Below are positions 8,772 to 17,107 of a stretch of DNA of 64,000 nt, piece after piece. Within the stretch, counting starts at the first letter, position 1; every line of letters begins with the position of its first letter. Location of the stretch: contig NZ_CP020921.1 of the NCBI RefSeq assembly GCF_003057965.1, forward strand, positions 1,662,916 through 1,726,915, written 5' to 3'. This DNA is from Thermodesulfobium acidiphilum. Its GTDB lineage: Bacteria; Thermodesulfobiota; Thermodesulfobiia; Thermodesulfobiales; Thermodesulfobiaceae. Made by a program: the position numbers and the translations under genes. Under the pieces are notes generated by a model that ran no database searches, was not told the origin of the DNA, and worked only from the letters and a program-made list of their open reading frames with translations.

Positions 8772-9559
8772 TATCTAAGATATATAACCTTGAAATATTA
8801 AATAAGATAAAAGAGTTTACAAATGATGATTTTTGTAATTTAAGCAATGAAGAATTGAGATGGTTAAAATATTTAATTAACACTGATGAGTCAGGCTTTT
8901 TCTTTAATGCAGAAGACAGAAAAGAATTAAAAACTTATTTAGCTGACATAAACACATCGAGTCTACCAAAAATAATAATAAAAAATAAACCAAAGAGAAA
9001 TAGAAAGTCCTGGAGTCTTTTAGAGCCATTGTTCACAGCTATTTTTGAAGAAAAAGACTTAATTCTAAGATTTCAAATTTCTGATTCTGAACAATTTAAG
9101 GCAAAATGCTTCCCTTACAAAATAGAATTTGAATTTTACAAGGATGAATGGTACCTCTTGTGGCTAAATTTGAGCGAAGACAAGAAAAAGATGAAAACTC
9201 CATTTGCGTCTATACTTTCATTTGAAATAATAGATAGAGAAAATGAATTATTCGAAGAAGCAGAAAAAATTTTTCTTGAAGAGTATCATTTTGCCAAATT
9301 TAGGGTTGACAAACAATATCTTGACGATCTAAAAAGAATCCTATTAACGCTTATTGATTTTAAACCAATTCTTGAAAAAGACATCCAAAATAGTCTTATT
9401 TTCAAAATAAAATACAAGCCCTCAGAAGAGGGCTATCTGCTCCAAAAATTCAGACAACTTGGCAAGAGGGCGATAATACTTGAGCCAAGATTCTTAGTCG
9501 AAAAAATGCTATTTACTTACACAAAAAGCTTAGAAAGATATTCAAAGAGCCAATCATAG
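8768..9559 (+). CDS. Second WYL-domain protein, translationally coupled
   Basis: PYKIEF..KDEWYLLW, RQLGKRAIILEP; ATGA overlap with upstream gene. Confidence 0.85.
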   Translation: MISKIYNLEILNKIKEFTNDDFCNLSNEELRWLKYLINTDESGFFFNAEDRKELKTYLADINTSSLPKIIIKNKPKRNRKSWSLLEPLFTAIFEEKDLILRFQISDSEQFKAKCFPYKIEFEFYKDEWYLLWLNLSEDKKKMKTPFASILSFEIIDRENELFEEAEKIFLEEYHFAKFRVDKQYLDDLKRILLTLIDFKPILEKDIQNSLIFKIKYKPSEEGYLLQKFRQLGKRAIILEPRFLVEKMLFTYTKSLERYSKSQS

Positions 9560-9575
9560 CTCTTGCAATAAAGAT

Positions 9576-9998
9576 CTATTTATTTCCCATAAATTGGTCT
9601 TTTGACCACTTTCCTTGATAAACTACATTTCCATTTTTGTCATAATATGTGCCATATCCATCTCTATAAAAATCTACAAAGTCGCCTACATACTTTGTGC
9701 CTTCAAACCAGGTGTATGTGCCCTTGCCCGACATCTTTCCCTCAACCATAGTGCCTTCATACTTGTCGCCTGGTTGTCCGTCCTGGTACCAGATCATTAC
9801 TCCTTGGCCGCTTGCATAGCCATTTGAATCAATTCCCCCAGTCCAGACGGGAACTTGATTTTGCTCAGGATAGGCATCCCAGACCTTTCCGTTGTTAGTC
9901 TGCACATAGACACCATTAGCAAAAGACAAAGCGCTGAAAATAAATAAAATACTGAAAACAATAGAAAACAAAATAGAAAATCTAACTAATTTACCCAC
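9576..9998 (-). CDS. Secreted MORN-repeat protein
   Basis: Signal peptide; repeats YEGTMVEGKMSGKGTYTW, YVGDFVDFYRDGYGTYY, YQGKW; AGGAGG RBS before GTG. Confidence 0.85.
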   Translation of the reverse strand: MGKLVRFSILFSIVFSILFIFSALSFANGVYVQTNNGKVWDAYPEQNQVPVWTGGIDSNGYASGQGVMIWYQDGQPGDKYEGTMVEGKMSGKGTYTWFEGTKYVGDFVDFYRDGYGTYYDKNGNVVYQGKWSKDQFMGNK

Positions 9999-10074
9999 TT
10001 TACCCTCCTCCTAAGATGATTAAACTTATTAAGTTTGATCAATATGTTAGCATAAAAAAAGATATTGTTATAAT

Positions 10075-10107
10075 AAAAAAACCCTCCTTCAGGTGACAGG
10101 AGGGTTT
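10075..10107 (-). terminator. Rho-independent terminator of traT
   Basis: AAACCCTCCT...AGGAGGGTTT stem followed by T-run on minus strand. Confidence 0.8.
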
Positions 10108-10125
10108 GAAAGATTTTTCTTAGTG

Positions 10126-10863
10126 TTATGGGAGCAAATTAGCTATTGCGTGAGCTAACTGCTGTCTTAATACTGGCTCTACATCGTCAAATTTTATATT
10201 TGTACCAGATGCTTCAGATACTACTCTATCTCTGTATATCGCCCAATCTTTAATACTAGAATTGCTTGAGGTCTCTGTAGTAGCAGTTCCCTGAGCTGCG
10301 TTGGTAGTAGTCTCTGTCTGTGTGCCTGGCTGCCTTTGTTCAAGTTGCACGTCTACCACCATCATATACTTATCAGAGTTAATAGAATTCCCGATAGCAG
10401 CTCCAGCAAGTGCTCCAATCACTCCACCCGCAATAGTTCCAGTATATTTCCCACTTGGATTAAAAGCTGAGCCTATAAGAGCTCCACCAAATCCCCCTGC
10501 AAGAGCCCCTTCAGCAGTGTAATCTTTCGTTTCTTTACCAATATAAAGAACATTTGACATCAGCATAAAATTGGCATCATCAGGATTATCAGTGATCTTA
10601 TATCCCTCATTAGTTAATTCAGTAACTAACTCCTTCCTAAAGTCCAAACCAGTTGCAGTAGACGTATTCCTTACGCTCACATATACTATCCTTTTATCTG
10701 GTGAAACTGGTTGCAAAAAGATACTTGAGCTCATCTTGGTGCTAAGAGAAATTTTACCTGCTGTAAGGCCACTAGAATCTGCCTTTGCTATACCAGCAAA
10801 GCAAAATGAAATAAGTAAAAATAAAACCAGCAAACTACTAAACTTTCCAATATTAAATTTCAT
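10126..10863 (-). CDS. traT: TraT-family complement-resistance/surface-exclusion protein
   Basis: TKMSSSIFLQPV..KRIVYVSVRNTS, GYKITDNPDDANFML, glycine-zipper GALAGGFGGALIG, YMMVVDVQL. Confidence 0.85.
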   Translation of the reverse strand: MKFNIGKFSSLLVLFLLISFCFAGIAKADSSGLTAGKISLSTKMSSSIFLQPVSPDKRIVYVSVRNTSTATGLDFRKELVTELTNEGYKITDNPDDANFMLMSNVLYIGKETKDYTAEGALAGGFGGALIGSAFNPSGKYTGTIAGGVIGALAGAAIGNSINSDKYMMVVDVQLEQRQPGTQTETTTNAAQGTATTETSSNSSIKDWAIYRDRVVSEASGTNIKFDDVEPVLRQQLAHAIANLLP

Positions 10864-10910
10864 TTAATTCCTCCAAATTTCCGACATAAAGACTCTCTCA
10901 CCTAAAGATA

Positions 10911-10938
10911 ATTATACAGTCTCAATGACATGTGTCAA
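10911..10938 (-). promoter_or_regulatory. Consensus sigma70 promoter of traT with overlapping palindrome
   Basis: TTGACA-N16-TATAAT; TGACA-NN-TGTCA overlaps -35. Confidence 0.75.
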
Positions 10939-11221
10939 TAAAATACATTTTAATAACTATGCTTATATGAAATGTTTATAAACCAGATATCTCAAGAGTT
11001 TCGTAACAACTCTCTAAAGTTTGCTCTAATATAAGCAAGCTCTATATTTAAATATATATTCTATTTCTAAGGCAAAAAAGCCTGAACAAATATTTGACAG
11101 CTCTTTTAAAAATAAAACCCTATATCAGTAATATCTTTAACTTAACATTACAAAATTTGATTTAGTTTATAATAATAACTAAAAGCAGTTAATTCAATTA
11201 CTTTTGATCCAGGAGAAAAAA

Positions 11222-11941
11222 GTGGAAAAACCTTGTTTAGAAAAAGACTTTATAAGCGATAGTTACTCAGAATTAACGCCTAGTTTAGAAAATTATCTTC
11301 GAACCATATATGACATAAACCAGTCAAAAGGCATTGCCAGAGTAAGAGACCTTGCAAAGCAGCTTAGAGTAAAAACGCCTTCTGCAGTAGCAGCAATTGA
11401 ATCCTTAAAGAACAAGGGTCTGGTAACTCAAGAAAGATATGGACATATAGAGCTTACAAATAAAGGAAGAATTCTCGCACAAAATCTTTCAAGAAGAAAA
11501 AATACAATAGTTAACTTTTTAGTCCGAATCCTAAGAATTGAGAAAAATCTGGCTGAACAGGATGCCTGTCTCTTAGAACATGATTTTAGCCAAAGCACAT
11601 TTAGAAAAATGGAAAAGATGATAGCTTTCATAGAAATGTTGGAAGAAAAGCACCCAGAAATTTTTAAAGAATTTAAGAAATTTATATTTGATAGCGACGA
11701 AAAATATGAAGCAAATGAACCAAAAAGTTTAGTTGAACTTAAAGACGATGAAGAAGCAATCATAGTTCATATTAATCTCGATCAGATTAGCAAAGAAAAG
11801 CTTGCTATACTTGGTCTAAAAAAAGGCTCAAAAATAAAAAGAATTCAATCCTACAAAGATATAATTAACTTTCAGATTGAAGATAGTTTTATAGCATTAT
11901 CTCTAAATGAGTGTAAACACATTTATTGCAAGACAGTATAA
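11222..11941 (+). CDS. DtxR/MntR family metal-dependent repressor with C-terminal FeoA-like domain
   Basis: LTPSLENYLRTIY, ARVRDLAK, LTNKGR, DACLLEH; AGGAG RBS favours GTG at 11222. Confidence 0.92.
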   Translation: MEKPCLEKDFISDSYSELTPSLENYLRTIYDINQSKGIARVRDLAKQLRVKTPSAVAAIESLKNKGLVTQERYGHIELTNKGRILAQNLSRRKNTIVNFLVRILRIEKNLAEQDACLLEHDFSQSTFRKMEKMIAFIEMLEEKHPEIFKEFKKFIFDSDEKYEANEPKSLVELKDDEEAIIVHINLDQISKEKLAILGLKKGSKIKRIQSYKDIINFQIEDSFIALSLNECKHIYCKTV

Positions 11942-11947
11942 AAAAAT

Positions 11948-11977
11948 AGCCGCAAGTTTTTCACAATCCTTGCGGCT
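11948..11977. terminator. Likely bidirectional terminator
   Basis: AGCCGCAAG...CTTGCGGCT between convergent dtxR-like gene and nuoN. Confidence 0.75.
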
Positions 11978-11995
11978 TGATTTTAGGTTTAATAT

Positions 11996-13372
11996 TTAAT
12001 GAATAAATATTGAGGGCAAAGTCCCCAATACTATTACCAATATCGAAAGACTAAGAACAAGCCCTTTGGTAAAGTCACTTGAAACAACTTCTGTTTCTAC
12101 ATCCGGTTCTTTCATGTACATATTCATTACAATCCTAAGATAGTAAAACGCACTTGTTATAGTCATCAAAACAGCAACAATTACCAGTGATGTAAAGCCA
12201 GCGTTCACAGCTGCCAAAAAAAGCTGAAATTTTGCAATAAAGCCTACTGTTGGTGGAATTCCTGCAAGGGAGAACATAAATATCATCATTATTCCAGCAA
12301 GATACGGATATCTTTTTGCAAGTCCATTGTAAGTAGACATGTCATCACCATTCTTCAACATAAATACTACACCAAATGCTCCAAGATTCATAATTGCATA
12401 CGCAATCAAGTATGTAAGAATTGCGCTTAGCCCCTCTTGAGTCCCAACAATTATCCCAAGAAGCATATAGCCTACGTGTGATACAGACGAAAATGCTAGC
12501 ATTCTCTTTACATTCTCCTGTGAAAGTGCTAAGAGATTACCGCCTACCATTGTAAGTATGGACAAAACAATAAGCACTGTTTTCGGCTCAACCCAGATTG
12601 GTACCAAACTTCCAATAAAAAATCTACCAAAAGCCAACAATAAAGCAGTCTTCGGAGCTGTAGCAAGAAATGCAGTTATTGGAGTTGGTGCCCCTTGATA
12701 GGTATCCGGAGTCCAAGCATGAAAGGGTATTACAGAAGACTTGAAACTAAAGGTTATAATCACTGCTATAACACCTACTATAAACATAGGATCCGTTAAA
12801 ACTTTGGCATAGGATAAAGACTTTGCTATATTGTAAAAATCTGTAGTACCCGTAGCGCCATAAATGAGCGCTATTCCATATAGCAAAATAGCAGTTGCAA
12901 CCGTTCCCATTAGATAATATTTAAGCCCTGCCTCACTTGAAAGTTTGTCCTTCCTATAAAAAGAACATAGTATATAAAGAGACAAAGACAAGGTCTCAAG
13001 GCCTAAATACAATATTATCAAGTCTCTTGAGCCTATCATAAAAAGCATCCCTACCACAGAAGTTAGTATAAGCGTTAAAAACTCTCCGTAACTGGTAGTG
13101 GGTATTGCAACGTCATCTATTGAAATCAGTATTACATAAATAGCTATCAAAATAATGATCCAGCTACCCAAAACGTCAATTGAATCTACTGAAAAAGATG
13201 AATTAAATATCGAAGCGCGCAAAGAGTACTTCCAGACCCCAGTTATTAAGAGCCCTAATATTGCAAGAATTGAAAAGGTTCTTCTATTTTTTATAAAAAG
13301 GGCTGAAAGAAAAATAAATATTGAACACGCAATCAAAAACAGTTCAGGAGCAATAACTTTAAACATCATCAT
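11996..13372 (-). CDS. nuoN: NADH-quinone oxidoreductase subunit N
   Basis: SSEAGLKYY, FKSSVIPFHAWTPDTYQGAP, KRMLAFSS, SLAGIPP. Confidence 0.93.
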   Translation of the reverse strand: MMMFKVIAPELFLIACSIFIFLSALFIKNRRTFSILAILGLLITGVWKYSLRASIFNSSFSVDSIDVLGSWIIILIAIYVILISIDDVAIPTTSYGEFLTLILTSVVGMLFMIGSRDLIILYLGLETLSLSLYILCSFYRKDKLSSEAGLKYYLMGTVATAILLYGIALIYGATGTTDFYNIAKSLSYAKVLTDPMFIVGVIAVIITFSFKSSVIPFHAWTPDTYQGAPTPITAFLATAPKTALLLAFGRFFIGSLVPIWVEPKTVLIVLSILTMVGGNLLALSQENVKRMLAFSSVSHVGYMLLGIIVGTQEGLSAILTYLIAYAIMNLGAFGVVFMLKNGDDMSTYNGLAKRYPYLAGIMMIFMFSLAGIPPTVGFIAKFQLFLAAVNAGFTSLVIVAVLMTITSAFYYLRIVMNMYMKEPDVETEVVSSDFTKGLVLSLSILVIVLGTLPSIFIH

Positions 13373-14877
13373 CTTAACCACCCCACTAAGGGTAAAGTAG
13401 TGTGAGCTATCATAGAAGAACTAAATTTTGTAGCTATCAAATGCGATACAGAAGATTGCATATAAGAGGTAAATACACCTGGCTGAAAACCTATATATAG
13501 TACCAGCAAAAGCAGTGGAACCAATGTCAATATTTCTCTTGGTCCAAGATCATATATCAAATCCTTAATTTTTTCGTTCAAGTTACCATATGCAACCCTA
13601 TAGTAAAGCCATATCATATAAGTTGTTCCAAGAATTATCCCCAAAACTGCAAAAGCTCCTAGCGGTATAAATCTAAGAAATGCGCCACAAAGAATCAAAA
13701 ACTCCCCCATAAACGAGTTAGTTCCAGGGAGCCCAATTGCAGCAAGAGTAAAAAATGTATAAAACAAAATAAATATAGGCAAGGTAGGCTTTAAGCCACC
13801 ATAGTCAGCGATCTGTCTTGTATGGGTTCTTTCATAAATCATACCAACCAGGCAAAACAAAGCACCCGTTACAATTCCGTGATTTATCATCTGCAAAATC
13901 CCGCCAAGCATCCCTATTTGAGTAAGTGTAAATAAGCCAAGAGTTACAAATCCCATATGAGAAACAGAGGAATATGCAATAAGCCTTTTAAGATCTGTCT
14001 GTTTTAGCGTTACAAATGCACCGTATACGATAGCTACTACTGATAAAACCTGAAGCAAACTCAAAAACATCATAGTAGCCTCAGGAAAAAATGGCATAGA
14101 AAATCTTAGGAATCCATATGCTCCAAGTTTAAGCAATACGCCAGCAAGTATTACGCTTCCTGCTGTGGGGGCTTCAGTATGAGCATCCGGTAGCCATGTG
14201 TGAAGAGGAAACATAGGAACCTTCACAGCAAAAGCAAGAGTAAAGGCAATAAACAAAAATATTTGCATGTTTAATGGCAGATTGAGCTTCATTAATTCAA
14301 GGATGTCAAACGTATGCCCACCTGTAAAATATAATACCAAGATGGATACAAGCATCAACACAGAGCCAGCAAAAGTAAATAAAACAAATTTAATTGATGC
14401 ATAAACTCTGTTCGGGCCACCCCAAACTCCAATTAGTAAAAACATCGGGATAAGCATAGCCTCCCAAAAAGCATAGAAAAGTAAAAGATCCAGAGATACG
14501 AAAACCCCAATCATTGAAGTTTCCATAAGAAGAATCATTATAAAAAACTCTTTTACCTTTTTGTCTATTGCTTTCCAGGAAACACTTACGCTTATTACAG
14601 TAATAAGAGTCGACAACAAAACAAACAAAACTGATATCCCATCTACACCTACAGCATACTTTGCGTTTATAAATGGTATCCAGGGATAAACCTCTACAAA
14701 TTGCATAGCGTGAGAATTCTTATCAAACAAAAACCAAAGGGGAAGAGAGATGAAAAAGTCTATCAACGCTACCAGCATTGCAGTTGATTTTATGAGCGTT
14801 GGATTTTTCATAAACAATATAAGAATGGCACCAATAACAGGTATTAAAAGAATAAGAGACAATATAGGAAAGTTCAT
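13369..14877 (-). CDS. nuoM: NADH-quinone oxidoreductase subunit M
   Basis: GVDGIS, FWEAMLIPM, VKVPMFPLHTWLPDAH, KRLIAYSSVSHMG. Confidence 0.95.
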   Translation of the reverse strand: MNFPILSLILLIPVIGAILILFMKNPTLIKSTAMLVALIDFFISLPLWFLFDKNSHAMQFVEVYPWIPFINAKYAVGVDGISVLFVLLSTLITVISVSVSWKAIDKKVKEFFIMILLMETSMIGVFVSLDLLLFYAFWEAMLIPMFLLIGVWGGPNRVYASIKFVLFTFAGSVLMLVSILVLYFTGGHTFDILELMKLNLPLNMQIFLFIAFTLAFAVKVPMFPLHTWLPDAHTEAPTAGSVILAGVLLKLGAYGFLRFSMPFFPEATMMFLSLLQVLSVVAIVYGAFVTLKQTDLKRLIAYSSVSHMGFVTLGLFTLTQIGMLGGILQMINHGIVTGALFCLVGMIYERTHTRQIADYGGLKPTLPIFILFYTFFTLAAIGLPGTNSFMGEFLILCGAFLRFIPLGAFAVLGIILGTTYMIWLYYRVAYGNLNEKIKDLIYDLGPREILTLVPLLLLVLYIGFQPGVFTSYMQSSVSHLIATKFSSSMIAHTTLPLVGWLR

Positions 14878-16656
14878 CTAAATCCCCCCTCTCAATAATA
14901 TAATTACACAGGCAAGAATAAGTATCCCGATAACAAACAGGATCATGTAATCCTGCAAGTTTCCTGTTTGAAGTTTTCTCAAAGTCTTGCTTACCGAATA
15001 AGTTGACCTTGCACTACCGTTTACTGTCCCGTCAACAACATATGTATCAACTCCCTTAAAAAACTTTGCAAAAGCCATCATAGGATTCAAAAATAGCCAT
15101 TCATATGCTGTATTTACTATTCTATCTTCAAATTCAACCAATACCTTCCTATCAATATACATAAATAATTGTAAACCCCTTCTATAAAACCAATCAAAAT
15201 CAAGATTTATAGCCCTCATTTCTGGCGGATAGATACCTGATAACATAAGTAAGGTGAATGCAAGGGCAGAAAATCCTAATAATTCAACCATCTCCATCAC
15301 ATGATTTGGAGCATACGGGATATAGTGAACTGGGTATGGAAGTATGGAATAAAGTGCCCATGGGTAAACCCCTATTGCTATACAAAGGAATGCAGCTATT
15401 CCCATAGCAAGTAGCATATGAAATGGTGCTTCTTTAGGTCTCAAGCCTGAATCATGTGAAAAAAATGCAAAAAATGGGATCTTAATACCAGAGTGATGGA
15501 AAACACCAGCAGAAGCAAACAAAAGCAAAAACCACGCAATAGTAAGACCTTGATGTGCAGATGCCGCAACTATCATAGACTTGCTTACGAAGCCACTCGT
15601 TAGAGGAACACCGGATATGGATGCTGCCCCAACAATACAAAAAGTTAAAGTCCATGGCATTGTCCTAAATAAACCGCCTAATTCAGTAGCCTTTATCTTT
15701 CCTGTCTGTTTCAAAACTGCACCCATAGACATAAATAGAAGCGCCTTATACAGTATGTGGGCAAACGCATGAGCTACAGTTCCATTCAGAGAAAGTTCAG
15801 TTCCTATCCCTATTCCGGTTACCATAAATCCAACCTGGTTAATTAGAGAGTAAGAAAGAACTTTTCTCATATCGTTTTCAATGACTGCAAAGAATATTGG
15901 AAAAGCTGTCATTATTACACCTGCAATAATTAATATTTCTGTTCCTGGAAAAGCTCTTGCAAGAGTATAAACTGCAGATTTTGTTGTAAATGCACTGAGC
16001 ACCACAGTACCAGCATAGCTTGCCTGTGGATAAGCATCTGGAAGCCATGTGTGTAAAAGTGGAAATACCGCATTTATACCAAACCCAATCAAAATGAGCA
16101 AAGATGCTAAATTCGTTAAGCCCAGATAATTAAATGCAATTGAACCTGTTTGATGAAAATGAAGAAGTATCCCACCCAATAAAAAAACTCCGCCTGTTAC
16201 ATGCATCAAAAGATATCTAAATGAAGCCTTTAGAGAATCCTCTCTCCCGCCTATTGCCACCAGGTAAGACGTGGACAAAGCCTTTATTTCCCAAAAGAAA
16301 AACAACGAAAAATAATCCCCAGCAAATACCACTCCCAGAGCAGCAGCCTCTGTCAAAAGTGCTGCTACGTGATGACGATAATCATCAAGTCCATAGGCAT
16401 AAATAGAGTTTAGCAAACTTATAATACAAAATATTAACCCAAAAACATATGAAAGTTGATCTATTCTTACTGGAGCTAGATCAAGTCCAATAAAGTGTAT
16501 GTTATAAACAAAGCCTTTTGGCAATATGAAGGCATTAAATAAAGCTACAGCCGGAACAATAATTATCCACCACTTCAAGACTTTGCCCCTAAGAAAAAGC
16601 GCAAAAAACGAACCGATCAAAAATATCAAAAATGGTGGTATGAAGCTAATTGTCAT
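14878..16656 (-). CDS. NuoL-position antiporter-like subunit (Mrp-type core with NuoL-type C-terminal lateral helix)
   Basis: PLLHTWLPDAYP, AFTTKSAVY, RKVLSYSLINQVG core; C-terminus VDTYVVDGTVNG...LRKLQTGNLQDY typical of NuoL. Confidence 0.85.
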   Translation of the reverse strand: MTISFIPPFLIFLIGSFFALFLRGKVLKWWIIIVPAVALFNAFILPKGFVYNIHFIGLDLAPVRIDQLSYVFGLIFCIISLLNSIYAYGLDDYRHHVAALLTEAAALGVVFAGDYFSLFFFWEIKALSTSYLVAIGGREDSLKASFRYLLMHVTGGVFLLGGILLHFHQTGSIAFNYLGLTNLASLLILIGFGINAVFPLLHTWLPDAYPQASYAGTVVLSAFTTKSAVYTLARAFPGTEILIIAGVIMTAFPIFFAVIENDMRKVLSYSLINQVGFMVTGIGIGTELSLNGTVAHAFAHILYKALLFMSMGAVLKQTGKIKATELGGLFRTMPWTLTFCIVGAASISGVPLTSGFVSKSMIVAASAHQGLTIAWFLLLFASAGVFHHSGIKIPFFAFFSHDSGLRPKEAPFHMLLAMGIAAFLCIAIGVYPWALYSILPYPVHYIPYAPNHVMEMVELLGFSALAFTLLMLSGIYPPEMRAINLDFDWFYRRGLQLFMYIDRKVLVEFEDRIVNTAYEWLFLNPMMAFAKFFKGVDTYVVDGTVNGSARSTYSVSKTLRKLQTGNLQDYMILFVIGILILACVIILLRGGI

Positions 16657-16891
16657 AATAATCCTCCTTGCGTTTTACAATCGGCCTTAGAATATACTTT
16701 GCTGCAAGAACCAATACTACACATGCAACAAAACCATAAACAGAGAAAAAGGAGGGAAATTCTTCAAAGCCGTATTCTGCCTTTTTGGGAACTATCAGAT
16801 CAAGAATCGTGACCACTGTCAGGAATGAAAACAAAACAATAAGCGTAATTTTTAAACTCTCTGGCTTTTCAAAAAATTTATATGGGTTCAA
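16646..16891 (-). CDS. Small 2-TM protein of Mrp-like antiporter clusters
   Basis: FFSVYGFVACVVLVLAAK..LRPIVKRKEDYYD; GGGAGG RBS. Confidence 0.75.
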   Translation of the reverse strand: MNPYKFFEKPESLKITLIVLFSFLTVVTILDLIVPKKAEYGFEEFPSFFSVYGFVACVVLVLAAKYILRPIVKRKEDYYDN

Positions 16892-16913
16892 CTCTTTGCC
16901 TCCCTTCTTTTAA

Positions 16914-17066
16914 TTATTGGTGTGAAACTATTCTATAATTTCCATTCAATAAAATGTAGCTAAGATACAACACACCTATAATAAACGCTATCGCAAAAAT
17001 AAGTGGAAAACCCGGTTTAGGATCGTGCTTTAACTCCATTAAAGGCTCTTCGTGATCTTCTTTCAT
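16914..17066 (-). CDS. 50-aa single-TM protein within nuo-like operon (not in ORF track)
   Basis: AAGGAGG RBS then MKEDHEEPLMELKHDPKPGFPLIFAIAFIIGVLYLSYILLNGNYRIVSHQ*. Confidence 0.75.
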   Translation of the reverse strand: MKEDHEEPLMELKHDPKPGFPLIFAIAFIIGVLYLSYILLNGNYRIVSHQ

Positions 17067-17107
17067 AAAACCCTCCTTAGAATTAAAACTCATAAATTTA
17101 ATTTATC

